Shown here: positions 1 to 9,939 of the stretch, in pieces
How the letters are laid out: every line of letters begins with the position of its first letter
Numbering within the stretch: the first letter of the stretch is position 1
Assembly: GCA_963693365.1 (NCBI GenBank)
Contig: CAVNZM010000004.1
Span: 5,520,564 to 5,584,563 of the forward strand
Direction: 5' to 3'
Origin: Amoebidium appalachense
Lineage: Eukaryota; Protista; Ichthyosporea
DNA length: 64,000 nt
Made by a program: the position numbers and the translations under genes
Notes under the pieces: generated by a model
Told to the model about the DNA's origin: nothing
Databases searched by the model: none
The model's input: only the letters and a program-made list of their open reading frames with translations

Positions 1-598
1 AAGTACACCTCTGCACCACCCTAAGTACACGTCTGCACCACCCTAAGTACACCTCTGCACAGCCCTAAGTACACCTCTGCACCACCCTAAGTACACCTCT
101 GCACAGCCCTAAGTACACTCTGCACAGCCCCACCCTAAGTACACGTCTGCACCACCCTAAGTACACCTCTGCACCACCCTAAGTACACCTCTGCACCACC
201 CTAAGTACACGTCTGCACCACCCTAAGTAGACCTCTGCACCACCCTAAGTACACGTCTGCACCACCCTAAGTACACGTCTGCACCACCCTAAGTACACGT
301 CTGCACCACCCTAAGTACACGTCTGCACCACCCTAAGTACACGTCTGCACCACCCTAAGTAGACCTCTGCACCACCCTAAGTACACGTCTGCACCACCCT
401 AAGTACACCTCTGCACAGCCCTAAGTACACCTCTGCACCCCACCCTAAGTACACCTCTGCACAGCCCTAAGTACACTCTGCACAGCCCCACCCTAAGTAC
501 ACTCTGCACCACCCTAAGTACACTCTGCACAGCCCCACCCTAAGTACACTCTGCACCCACCCTAAGTACACTCTGCACAGCCCCACCCTAAGTACACT
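1..598. repeat. 22-bp tandem array CCCTAAGTACAC(C/G)TCTGCACCA; candidate telomeric or terminal repeat
   Basis: About 27 head-to-tail units from base 1. Each contains CCCTAA (TTAGGG on the minus strand). The C-rich strand is at the 5' end and units become more variant toward 600. Confidence 0.85.
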
Positions 599-675
599 CA
601 ATGTTAAGTACATCTGCACACAAGCACTAGAATAGCCTGAGGCTACTCTCTAATGCGGCCCCTTTTTTCACCGTG

Positions 676-1556
676 TCAAGGCCAGTTGATATATTCGTCT
701 GAAGACTCGGAAGACGCCCCAGAGCTGCTGGCTTCACTGGCTCGTGCCCTTTTCTGCTGTCCCCGTGTCAAGGTCTTGGACTCGGAAGACGAGTGCTCCT
801 CAGAAGACGAGTACTCCTCAGGTCTGACTGTGTCCCCATAGCAAGGTCTCGGACAAGGTCTTGAACCAAGGAGGCACTTCCTCCTGTACCTCCGACCCAG
901 AGCTTTTGACTTCCTCTCGTGTCCTCTTCTGCTGTCTTCGTGGTTTCTCCCGTGTCTTGGACCCCTGTGTGAAGGTCTTCCAGTTGAACCAAGGAGGCAC
1001 TGGAGGATGGTACTCCTCCTCCGACCCAGAGCTTCTGACTTCCTCTCGTGTCCTCTTCTGCTGTCTTCGTGGTTTCTCCCGTGTCTTGGACCCCTGTGTG
1101 ATGTGCAAACGTGAGCGCTGCAGGGGCAGGGGGGCCAAGTCCACGGGATAGGAGCTGCCATGCTCGCCAGCACGAAGTGCAGGTGCCGCTGCCAGGACAG
1201 GGGGTGCCACGGTCAGCGCTGGGGGTGCCACGGTTGCTGCTGGGGGTGCCACGGTGCTGCGGGGTGCAGGGCTGTGGGCGTGCCACGGGCGGGGCGTGCA
1301 CGGTTGCTGCTGGGCGTGCCACGGTTGCTGCTGGGCGTGCCACGGTTGCTGCTGGGGGTGCCACGGTTGCTGCTGGGGGTGCCACGGTTGCTGCTGTAGT
1401 GGTGCGCTTGCTTAAAGCCATGCGGGCGTGCCTAGCAAGGGCGCACGCGAAACGGGTCTGGGTGTCCCGCAGGACCTTTGCATCCTGCTCCAAAGTCTTG
1501 AGTCTTGTCTCTATTTTTTCAGCGCGCCTTTCTAGATCTTTGATGTTAATACTCAT
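676..1556 (-). pseudogene. Coiled-coil + TVAPPAA-repeat + Ser/Glu-rich protein, frameshifted
   Basis: ATG at 1556 opens MSINIKDLERRAEKIETRLKTLEQ (heptad pattern). TATA-like CATATAAAAG lies upstream at ~1641-1650. The repeat reading switches between ORFs 768..1589, 818..1252 and 676..1173. There is an internal ~123-bp duplication (861-1100). Confidence 0.55.
1200..1396. repeat. 21-bp coding minisatellite (GCCACGGTTGCTGCTGGGGGT-like)
   Basis: About 9 imperfect units encoding TVAPPAA/TVARPAA on the minus strand. Confidence 0.85.
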
Positions 1557-1639
1557 TTTCGTGACAGTTGGATGTACGTTGTGTGCCAAGGGAGAAGCTA
1601 GCTAACATGGAAAAGGTGTGTGGATTGAAGAGAGTATGG

Positions 1640-1900
1640 GCTTTTATATGCCGTGCCCGGCTTTGGCATCAGATGCTTTATTGCATTAGATTGGTTGGAT
1701 ATACCCCAGCCGCGACGCTTGATTGGATCTAGAGATCGCGTGAATATCTGATTGGCTAATTGTCATTTAGGCATCTTGGTGTATCCGATAAGTTGGGGCT
1801 CAACCAAATCTGCTGACTGATTGATGAATTCTGATTGGATCAACAAGAGCATGTTTTGACTTGAGAATTGTCATTTGACAGATTGGATTGTAATCCGATC
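1640..1900. promoter_or_regulatory. TATA + clustered CCAAT/ATTGG boxes (Pol II-type promoter)
   Basis: Multiple GATTGG motifs (~1690, 1722, 1750, 1833, 1882) upstream of the ORF starting at 1556. Confidence 0.5.
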
Positions 1901-2244
1901 TTTGCAACTTGGCCGTCAGTGTTTGAACACAATGTATTTTGATGTAGCAACTCCTAAAAAAACACGAATATGCTTCCCAACAATTACGAGCATTATTCTG
2001 TCTATCAGGGATACAAAAATTGGTCAGGAAAAGTACACAATCACATGGTGCTGACTGCTTGAACACGATGTCAACTGATAGCGAATCGGTGCACTGCCTG
2101 CTGGGAACAACATGTCACTTTTTGAGCAGCACTTAGGAAACTCGCGCTCACGTGGATCCAATACTTATACACCAACCAGAAGTGTGCGCACAAAAGGGGT
2201 CCGAGCTGGATACAAATGGCTTGGTGTGTGTGTGTGTGTGGAGT

Positions 2245-2600
2245 CGCTCATAGGTTTTGTTTATTTTGCACTGTGTAAGGAGCGCTTTTTTTTGTTCACA
2301 CTGCTTTACTTTTAAATAATCAGTGGCGAGTTTTTTTAGTTCACGGTGTGTTTGCGCATCATAGGATTTTGCTTTATTTTGCACTGTGTAAGGAGCGCTT
2401 TTTTTTGTTCACACTGCTTTACTTCGTGTAAATAATCAGTGGCGAGTTTTTTTAGTTCACGGTGTGTTTGCGCATCATAGGATTTTGCTTTATTTTGCAT
2501 TGTGTAAGAGGAACGTTTTTTTTTGGGTCACACTTTTGCTTCGTAAAAATAAGAGGGATGTTTTTTTTGTTCACACTGCTTTGCTTCGTGGATAGAAAAA
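2245..2600. repeat. ~115-bp tandem triplication, AT-rich, upstream of the coiled-coil ORF
   Basis: TTATTTTGCA(C/T)TGTGTAAG...GTTCACACTGCTTT recurs at ~2261, 2374 and 2490. Confidence 0.8.
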
Positions 2601-2637
2601 CTAAACACCTCCTGCCCAACCGGCTGCAAACGACACA

Positions 2638-2994
2638 ATGGATGAAACAGTCACACAGCGCCAAGATGCACACACCGAGCAGCTGCAAGAGACCAACAAG
2701 ATGCTGAAGGAGGCCAACGAGGGGCTGCACGGGCTGATCCAGCAGCTGAGGGAGTTGAACAACGACATGGACAAGGACAACGACGCGCTGCGCACAATGA
2801 ACAAGAACCAGCGGGAGGTGATCAAGGGCCTGCAAGAGGAGCGCAACAAGGTGTGCGAAGAGAACAAGAATTTGGTGGTGGAGAACCAAGAGCTGCAGCT
2901 GGAAAACGACAAGCTGAAGAAGCAAAAGGACTTTCTACGGGCCTGTCTCATACGTCTGGGCCAGTCCGCTAAGACTCCGGATGAAACGGATTGA
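2638..2994 (+). CDS. 118-aa coiled-coil protein
   Basis: Continuous heptad repeats (LQETNKMLKEANEGLHGLIQQLRELN...) and strong GC3 codon bias. Confidence 0.75.
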   Translation: MDETVTQRQDAHTEQLQETNKMLKEANEGLHGLIQQLRELNNDMDKDNDALRTMNKNQREVIKGLQEERNKVCEENKNLVVENQELQLENDKLKKQKDFLRACLIRLGQSAKTPDETD

Positions 2995-3457
2995 TACAAT
3001 CATGAGGGATAACACATGCGAGTGATTTCATTCTGTTACTTAGTATGTATCTACAGACAAGACAAGGAATTGTATGCACACGGTAGTTCGGAAATGGGTT
3101 GGAAATTCTTATCATATTTGGTCGAGTAACATCTAGTGTGGGACACTTGTCTGTGTTACTCAGAATCAGTACCTTGAGTAAGATAATTATTGTTACTCAG
3201 TGCAACAAGTTTCAGGTGACGTGTATCTGCTTATACTTATATATATATATCCTGAGTGTAGGGCTGGCTCCCTAATGGACACTCCAAACCCACATATTTG
3301 TAACAATATTATCGACCATAATCCCAACGCACACCAGACATGTGCTCCGATGACTCCCTGGCTGTGGGCCTCCTTATATTCACATGCTGCGCCATCCAGG
3401 GCACAGTTGCACCTTCACCGGCAGTCGCACACACACACGCACTGCGCGATACCTGCA

Positions 3458-3976
3458 TTATTCTCTACACTGCCGCCTATTTTTCTGTACTGATTCATAT
3501 AACTGCAGCGACAGAATGTCGCACCCCATGTCATGCCAAAGGAAGTCCTTCAAAAAGTCGATTCGCAGAAGGGTTGTTCGTTTTCTCTTTGCCTCCATGG
3601 GGACAGCTCGTCCCTCGCTCATGCCCTCCTCCTCCGTCGGATCCCTCGGTTGCAGCAGCGACAGCGTGGTGTCCCAGCGCTCCCAGGTCAGCCGAAACGA
3701 CTTGCCCCAATCCAGGTCGATGGTCACCGCATCCCCGGCCCCCTCCAGCGGACACGTCGAAAACACAAGGTGGTTGAGTCCATCTCGATTGGAGGTTTCC
3801 ACCGACTGCAGCGGCAGCATCGTGTCCGACAGCATCGTGTCGCCCTTGCCGAGTCTTGCGTGGAGCTGTAGCGGCCGGCTCGCAACCTGCCCGGCGCCGT
3901 TGGAGTCGAACGTCATGTTGGATACAAACAGGGAAAGTCTATTCACGAATAGCTTCAGGTCCTGCTCAAAAGCCAT
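3458..3976 (-). CDS. Hypothetical protein (~172 aa, MAFEQDLKLFVNRL...)
   Basis: Globular-looking composition. TATA-like GGGTATAAAA on the minus strand at ~4029-4038. Confidence 0.55.
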   Translation of the reverse strand: MAFEQDLKLFVNRLSLFVSNMTFDSNGAGQVASRPLQLHARLGKGDTMLSDTMLPLQSVETSNRDGLNHLVFSTCPLEGAGDAVTIDLDWGKSFRLTWERWDTTLSLLQPRDPTEEEGMSEGRAVPMEAKRKRTTLLRIDFLKDFLWHDMGCDILSLQLYESVQKNRRQCRE

Positions 3977-4388
3977 GGTCGGTTCTGGTGCAGATGCAGA
4001 CTGGCAGCTCCCCGTGTCAGACACACGCTTTTATACCCTCCAGAGTCCCCGCCTGCGTCGGCGCACACTCATTCGCAAGGTGCCAGTTCTCGAGGCGCTG
4101 CACGACCACGAGTGCGCGCTTGCGTGTTTCGGTGTGTGTGTACGTGGGCCCGAATCGGAGTGTGAGGTGCTGAGCGTGCGCTGTTGCACAAGCATGTGGA
4201 CCGCAGGTGTGCGACCGGGAGACATTGTGGTGGCGTGCGAGATCAAGCGCGCAGAATCAGGGTGGCGCAAGGTGTCCCTCGAGCTCGAGGAGGGTGCGTG
4301 GACCAGCAACCTGTGCGCGGCTGGGTGCAAGCGGAGAAAGTGGTTTCACAGGGGTTGTGCAGGGCAAGCGCCCAAAATTTTGGGGTAG
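3975..4388 (+). CDS. Hypothetical protein with PDZ-like segment and PHD-like C-terminal motif
   Basis: FGVCVRG...EVLSV...AGVRPGDIVVA resembles a PDZ core. CAAGCKRRKWFHRGC resembles the second half of a PHD finger. Motif resemblance only. Confidence 0.35.
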   Translation: MVGSGADADWQLPVSDTRFYTLQSPRLRRRTLIRKVPVLEALHDHECALACFGVCVRGPESECEVLSVRCCTSMWTAGVRPGDIVVACEIKRAESGWRKVSLELEEGAWTSNLCAAGCKRRKWFHRGCAGQAPKILG

Positions 4389-4393
4389 AGGTC

Positions 4394-4531
4394 ATGCCAA
4401 AACAAGGAGGTCAGTCCAAAAAGAGGGGTCACAGACGTGCAAGGAAGTACGTGTTTGCCAACGAGTTCATGCCAAAATACCGGAGGCTGGCCCTTCGACA
4501 AATTGTGCGAGTAAAGCGAAAAACACACTGA
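4394..4531 (+). CDS. 45-aa highly basic peptide
   Basis: MPKQGGQSKKRGHRRARKYVFANEFMPKYRRLALRQIVRVKRKTH, starting 6 nt after the previous stop. Confidence 0.35.
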   Translation: MPKQGGQSKKRGHRRARKYVFANEFMPKYRRLALRQIVRVKRKTH

Positions 4532-4644
4532 GATTTATTCTGTCGACATCGATGTTGGAAAAATCACATACCATTATGCACATAACCACCGACCCGAATT
4601 TGCCCCTAAAGTGACAACCCGAGATTACATCAATGACAAATATA

Positions 4645-5027
4645 ACAACCCCGAATGAATTCTATCACTTGCACACGAAACAAGTACCCGATAAATTACA
4701 TCAATGACAAATATACGATTCTACAACCCCGAATGAATTCTATCACTTGCACACGAAACAAGTACCCGAGAAATTACATCAATGACAAATATACGATTCT
4801 ACAACCCCGAATGAATTCTATCACTTGCACACGAAACAAGTACCCGAGAAATTACATCAATGACAAATATACGATTCTACAACCCCGAATGAATTCTATC
4901 ACTTGCACACGAAACAAGTACCCGAGAAATTACATCAATGACAAATATACGATTCTACAACCCCGAATGAATTCTATCACTTGCACACGAAACAAGTACC
5001 CGAGAAATTACATCAATGACAAATATA
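4645..5027. repeat. 78-bp tandem repeat, ~5 near-identical copies
   Basis: ACAACCCCGAATGAATTCTATCACTTGCACACGAAACAAGTACCCGAGAAATTACATCAATGACAAATATACGATTCT, repeated between convergent genes. Confidence 0.95.
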
Positions 5028-5056
5028 CACAGACACAGCATCACCACGGCCATCCC

Positions 5057-6466
5057 CTACGGGCCCTGCCCCAGGCAGTCCTTCTTGTGCTCACCCCAAT
5101 CGCGGGTCTGGCAGTCCCTGCTGCAGTAGTAGACGTGCTTACAGGCCGAGCACTTCTTGGTGCGCCCGGTCGAGCCGCAGGTGGCACAGACGACAGAGGG
5201 CAGCTTGTCGATGAAGTGCTTGACGGCCCGGTTGCACCATTCATACATACACATGTTGTCCATGTCGTACTCCGTGGACACGGGAAGAGTGCTCACCGCA
5301 AACTCCGCAATCTGCAGAACAGCCTCGGGCGTGGTGTGCTCGAGGCCGGAAGACGCGCACAGTACATGAAGCATCATTCTGAAGACAATACCGGCGCCCG
5401 TGCTGATGTTTCCGGCATAGAGGGCATTGTAGTCCCGCTCCTCCAGCACGTAGCGGTGGAAGACACAGTAGTGCCTAAAACACGCGAAGTAGGCAGCCAT
5501 GTTGCGTTCGGCCGCAGTCACCGTTGGGTCGTTCACCCATCTCCGCTCCTCTATAGCACGCATCTCGCCCGCCAGGGTAGCCTCGCATTCCATGTAGCGC
5601 TCCTTGTTGCGAAACACACGCAGGTCGCCGCACTCCAGAACTTTTAGCATCAGGTTGCAGACCGGGTCCGAGTGGAAACGCAAGTGGCTGTCCATGGTGT
5701 AGACCACGACCTCGTTTTTCGACACCGTTGGGTCTTGGTGGGTGGGTTGCTCCTTGCAGTCCTTCTTGTGCTCGGGCCACTTTTGTTTCATACAGATGTC
5801 ATTGCAGAAGTAGGCGTTTCTGCAGCGGGTGCACTTCTTTGTGTCGACGGGCGAGCGGCACTGGAGACATGACACGGAAGGCAACTCGTTCACAAAGTGC
5901 TCGACGGCCCGGTTAGCCCAATCATTGTACACCACGTCGACAATGTCCTTGCATAACGTATACGTACCCAAGGCGGAAGTGGCCGGCTCTTGACTGAAGT
6001 GGGCAGGGGGTCGGGCCTTGAGACCGGACCGCTCGCATAGCGCCGTCCCCACGAGCATGAAGAAGTCCTGAACCCCTTGACCGAGCGTGCCCTCGTGGAG
6101 AGCCTCATGGTCCGGCTTCCCCAGCACGTAGCGCTGGAAGGCGGCGTACATTGGGAACGCGCTGGAGTGCAGACAAGTGTCCCAGAGGGGCGGCACCCGC
6201 CCAGGCCCGCGGGGTTGTCTCTGCAAATGCAGCAGCAAAGTTTTCATGTCGTTTTCAAGGACTGAACGGAACGCAGCGAAGCTCTCCCGTGTTTCGAAGA
6301 TGCGGAGGTCGCCGTCTCTCGCAACTTCCAGCAGCCGAGCGCTGACAGGGTCCCGGTGGAGCCGATACTTGTCGTCCACGGCATAGACGACGACCTTGTC
6401 CGTGTCCGAGCCGGGGGGCTGGACGATGAAAGGCAAAGCCACGGCCTCTTCAGGTGTTTGGTCCAT
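5057..6466 (-). CDS. Tandem-duplicated module protein with two MYND zinc fingers
   Basis: CLQC...CTRCRNAYFCNDICMKQKWPEHKKDC and CATC...CSACKHVYYCSRDCQTRDWGEHKKDC. The halves align (VVVYAVDDKYRLHRDPV / VVVYTMDSHLRFHSDPV). Intronless. Confidence 0.9.
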   Translation of the reverse strand: MDQTPEEAVALPFIVQPPGSDTDKVVVYAVDDKYRLHRDPVSARLLEVARDGDLRIFETRESFAAFRSVLENDMKTLLLHLQRQPRGPGRVPPLWDTCLHSSAFPMYAAFQRYVLGKPDHEALHEGTLGQGVQDFFMLVGTALCERSGLKARPPAHFSQEPATSALGTYTLCKDIVDVVYNDWANRAVEHFVNELPSVSCLQCRSPVDTKKCTRCRNAYFCNDICMKQKWPEHKKDCKEQPTHQDPTVSKNEVVVYTMDSHLRFHSDPVCNLMLKVLECGDLRVFRNKERYMECEATLAGEMRAIEERRWVNDPTVTAAERNMAAYFACFRHYCVFHRYVLEERDYNALYAGNISTGAGIVFRMMLHVLCASSGLEHTTPEAVLQIAEFAVSTLPVSTEYDMDNMCMYEWCNRAVKHFIDKLPSVVCATCGSTGRTKKCSACKHVYYCSRDCQTRDWGEHKKDCLGQGP

Positions 6467-6639
6467 GCTTGTGCGTGAATGCCAGCGTGTGGTGATTTGT
6501 CTAGTGAAACGATCCGCTAAGAAAGGGCGAGAAAGAGGGACGTGGTGAAATGTCTGGCAACAATCGTTTGGCCGGGAGTCGTTGTGAGGGAGAATGTGTG
6601 AAAACGTGAAAGTGACAGGGTTGGCCTTGTGTTGGTCTT

Positions 6640-7315
6640 TTATGTAGGATCAGTTTTCAGAAGGGACTGGTATGGCATGTCCACAGCGCCATTTGATTGG
6701 AGATCAATTCTCGCGCTGATTGGTTGGCAGGGATTGATTGATCTAGGTTGAGCTAATGTGATTGGTTCGCAAAATTCTGACAGCATTGAAGTGAGCCACC
6801 GCGATAATTAATTTGATTGGTAGATTTGCATATCCGATCTGACAGCCAATTTTGATCTTAGTCATGATTACACCAATCAAAACGCGATAGCTGTCAGCCC
6901 TGAGAAGCGCAGCCGTGCTGGACACGACCAGTAAATAAAAATTGCCACTTCCTCTTCCACACCTGTGTTGTGGACCGTAGCGCTTGCATGCATGGTGCTG
7001 CTCGTGCTGCTTGCCGCGTGCTGGCGCTCAGGGGGGGGGGGGGGGTATGTAATTTTTATTCCTGGGCCCGACTGTCCGATCAGCCATCTGAAAGCACTGG
7101 CATGGCATGACCGTAGCGCCATTCGATTGGATATCTCGCTAGATTACGCCTCACGCGCTGATTGGTCAGCCGCGATTGGATCGTAAATATAAATTCCGAT
7201 TGGATCATGTGGTTACATCTCATGGTAAGTAAATTTTGATTCCATCAGATAAATCATGTCCATCCAATCAAAACGCGACAGCTGTCAGCCTTGCCCTGCC
7301 TGGCAGGTATAAAAT
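6640..7315. promoter_or_regulatory. Divergent promoter region with two CCAAT-box clusters and TATA boxes
   Basis: Two similar GATTGG/CCAATC blocks (6690-6900, 7120-7290), each ending CCAATCAAAACGCGA(T/C)AGCTGTCAGCC. GGTATAAAA at ~7307 precedes ATG 7373. Confidence 0.55.
6902..7070. repeat. Dispersed duplicate of gene 3' ends (copies at 7773-7930 and partly 9197-9303)
   Basis: GAGAAGCGCAGCCGTGCTGGACACGA...AATAAAAATTGCCACTTCC...GCTTGCATGCATGGTGCTGCTCGTGCTGC...poly-G...GTAATTTT. Confidence 0.85.
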
Positions 7316-7372
7316 GCCGCGACTCAGCGCTATGCTGACACTTTCCACTCTTCCTGTTTCTCTTCACCAACA

Positions 7373-7805
7373 ATGTCCGGCACACCATCTGCAAAGGCCG
7401 GCCCTGACCCAGCCGGGCAGCCTGCCAGTCCACGGCCCCCAGGGTCATTTGCCACGTGGCCTCCCGAATGGCAGCAGTACCTGTACGAGGAGGCAAAGCG
7501 CGACCGCTACCGTGCGCGCGCCAGCGAGCGGGAGATGCAGCTCAAGTACAAGGTGCTGCGCAAGAAGTACCAGCGCCTCAAGACCAGCGTGAGCCTGTAC
7601 CGTATGACATGGAGGAGCCTGAAGAACCTCAGCGACCCCGAGACCGTCCGCCGAGGAGTCCCCCACCGAGGAGCGCCCCATTCGCATCTTGAGCTCCGAG
7701 GAGGAGCGCCTCCACAAGAAGCCCCCCGAGAAGAAGCGCGCGCGGTCGCCCGAGGACACTTCGGCGCCCACCGAGAAGCGCAGCCGTGCTGGACACGAGG
7801 AGTAA
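7373..7805 (+). CDS. Coiled-coil/basic protein with NLS-like tail, probably frameshifted near 7640
   Basis: N-part has YEEAKRDRYRARASEREMQLKYKVLRKKYQRLK. A shifted frame after ~7640 reads PSAEESPTEERPIRILSSEEERLHKKPPEKKRARS...GHEE* with better codon bias, and its TAA overlaps AATAAA. Confidence 0.6.
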
Positions 7806-7990
7806 ATAAAAATTGCCACTTCCTCTTCCACACTGTGTGTGGACCGAGCGCTTGCATGCATGGTGCTGCTCGTGCTGCTTGCCGCGTGCTGGCGCTCAGG
7901 GGGGGGGGGGGGGGGGGTATGTAATTTTACCATATTTGGATCGTTGGATTTACATTGTATATTCACCCCGAAAATGTTTAAGATTTTTTG

Positions 7991-9024
7991 CTATAAGGCA
8001 TGTCCCAAATTGCCCGCGTTGCTCCAGGGGGTCCCCTCGTTCCACTCATCAAGGTCCGCACCCACCCCCTCGAACTCCTGGTTGCGGTTGCGCCCGTAGG
8101 CTCTGTCAAAGACACCCTCGCGCAGCGGCAGCCCTGCTGCCTCCACCACGTGGCCGACCTCTTTGAAAAAATAGTCAAGCCAGCGCTCACCCCAATCTTC
8201 AAGTGCTGTGCTCAGGTCCTCGGTGGTTGCGCCGCCCGGGGCCATGGTGGTGGGCGCGCCGTGCGACACTCCGGCGCGGTAGGCTGACTCGAGCAGGGTC
8301 CGAGGTTTGGTCAGGGGCGGTTCTTTGACAAGGGTCTCAAAGAGCAGTTCGGGCATAAACCAGTAGGGCCTCCTCGAGACACCGGGCGCTGTGTTTTTGG
8401 CCTCGTCCAGGTCGGGATTCCCGTATGCATTCCAAAAGACCCAACCGTCCCTGGTCTGTTTAATAATGTATTGAGGGGTTTGACGGCTGTAATTTTCATG
8501 GAAGAAATTATCATAGGGAAACAACTCAGTTCTGGGCTGGCTGAAAATGTAGATTTCATAGACGTAGGGACTAAGGGTCGTGTCGGCAGCGGGGTGAGGG
8601 TTGTCCGGACTCTCATAATCCTCGCTCTTGTAGATATCATAGATGTGTGGGCTGCTGCGGGTTGTGTTGGTAGTGGGAGGGTTGGAGTTGTACGGTACCT
8701 CATAATCCGAGGCCTTTACGCGCGTTATGTGTTGGATTTGAAGACTCCAAAGTTCGATGTGCGGTCCTGCTATTACTACAGGAACCGCCATCCGAAGCCC
8801 CCCCATCGAAGAAACCACCATGTTCCTTCCGGATCCTCACCCGAGCACACCCTGTCCATGTACCTCGTCAGTGCGTCCTCCGTCTTGGCGCGCCCTACGT
8901 CCCAGCGGTTTTTAGGTTCCATTAGCACTGCGATGCATAATCTCTGTGTGTGCTCCCCGAGTTGCTGGGGAGGGGGCGCTCCAAAGTATCTCTTCGGAAG
9001 GTATGACTTCTCCGAACATTGCAA
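7991..9024 (-). CDS. Hypothetical protein, possibly split by a frameshift (ORFs 8776..9024 and 7991..8821)
   Basis: 276-aa ORF with an internal duplicated motif (SDYEVPYNSNPPTTNTTRSSPHIYDIY / SEDYESPDNPHPAADTTLSPYVYEIY) overlapping an upstream 82-aa ORF. Confidence 0.55.
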
Positions 9025-9257
9025 ACCTGAGATTTGACAACCCGAGTAACTCGTGGGTGCGCAGGGATGACATTGCCGCCGACCCGCACGAGTACCACCT
9101 GACCATCGACAACAACACGCGCTTCATGCTCTACATGGGCACTTCATTGGACGACCATGATGCACAGCTCAAGAGCGCTTCGATGTGGAGGGGCATAGCG
9201 CTTGCATGCATGGTGCTGCTCGTGCTGCTGGCCGGCCTGCTGGTGTACAGGTGGTAG
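9002..9257 (+). CDS. Small tail-anchored membrane protein
   Basis: MTSPNIANLRFDNP... ends in the hydrophobic helix IALACMVLLVLLAGLLVYRW. Confidence 0.6.
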
Positions 9258-9317
9258 GGGGGGGGGGGGGGGGGGTTAAGTTTGTAATTTTTATTCCTGG
9301 GCCGCACCAGGCGGACT

Positions 9318-9891
9318 TCACACGAGTTGGTTGCCCGGTTGATCTTGTTGTTTGTGTTTATGCACCTCCTTTCGATGTCGCCACAGCCCACTACGCCATG
9401 AGAAGGCCTTTGAGCACCCTTCCTCAGCGCATATGTAGGAGCGCTGACCTGTATGGATGCGGTTATGAAATTTAAGCGCGTTGGAGTTCTTGAGAATCGC
9501 CCCGCATCCAGTGACACCACATACCACCTGTTGTCTTGAATCGTGCACCTTTAAGTGCCTAAGAAGCGCACCCCTGTATGAAAAGCGAGCGCCACACTCA
9601 TCGTGGTTGCATGCATATGGGCGCTCACCCGTGTGCCTTCGTGTGTGTCGTAAAAGCCGTCCAGATTGTGGAGACCTGTAGTTGCACCCTTCGTAACTGC
9701 ACTCGTATTTCTTTATTCTGGTGTGTATGGTCATATGCGCATCCAGACCAACTTGTTGCGTACACCTTACCGTACAACCAGGCCATGTACACGAAAAGGG
9801 CTTCTCTCCTGTGTGGACCCTCCTATGGGCGCTGCAAGTTTTGGCTTGTTGAAAATGTTTTATAACACATGGAGCATTTGTTTTCAGACAT
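9318..9891 (-). CDS. Six-finger C2H2 zinc-finger protein, 1-bp frameshift in finger 1
   Basis: Five intact Cx4C...Hx3-4H fingers with TGEKPF/TGERPY/TGQRSY linkers. ATG 9891 reads MSENKCSMCYKTFSTSQNLQR and joins HRRVHTGEKPF if one base at 9827-9829 is removed. Confidence 0.85.
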
Positions 9892-9939
9892 ATTTCATGT
9901 TTTACACCAAAAAAAAACAAAAAAAAAAACAGAAACGAA

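Noticed and set aside
1-598. CRISPR array at window start
   Set aside because: Head-to-tail 22-mers without spacers.
4655-5647. 330-aa plus-strand ORF with 26-aa repeats
   Set aside because: Product of an in-frame 78-bp array plus the antisense shadow of the MYND gene.
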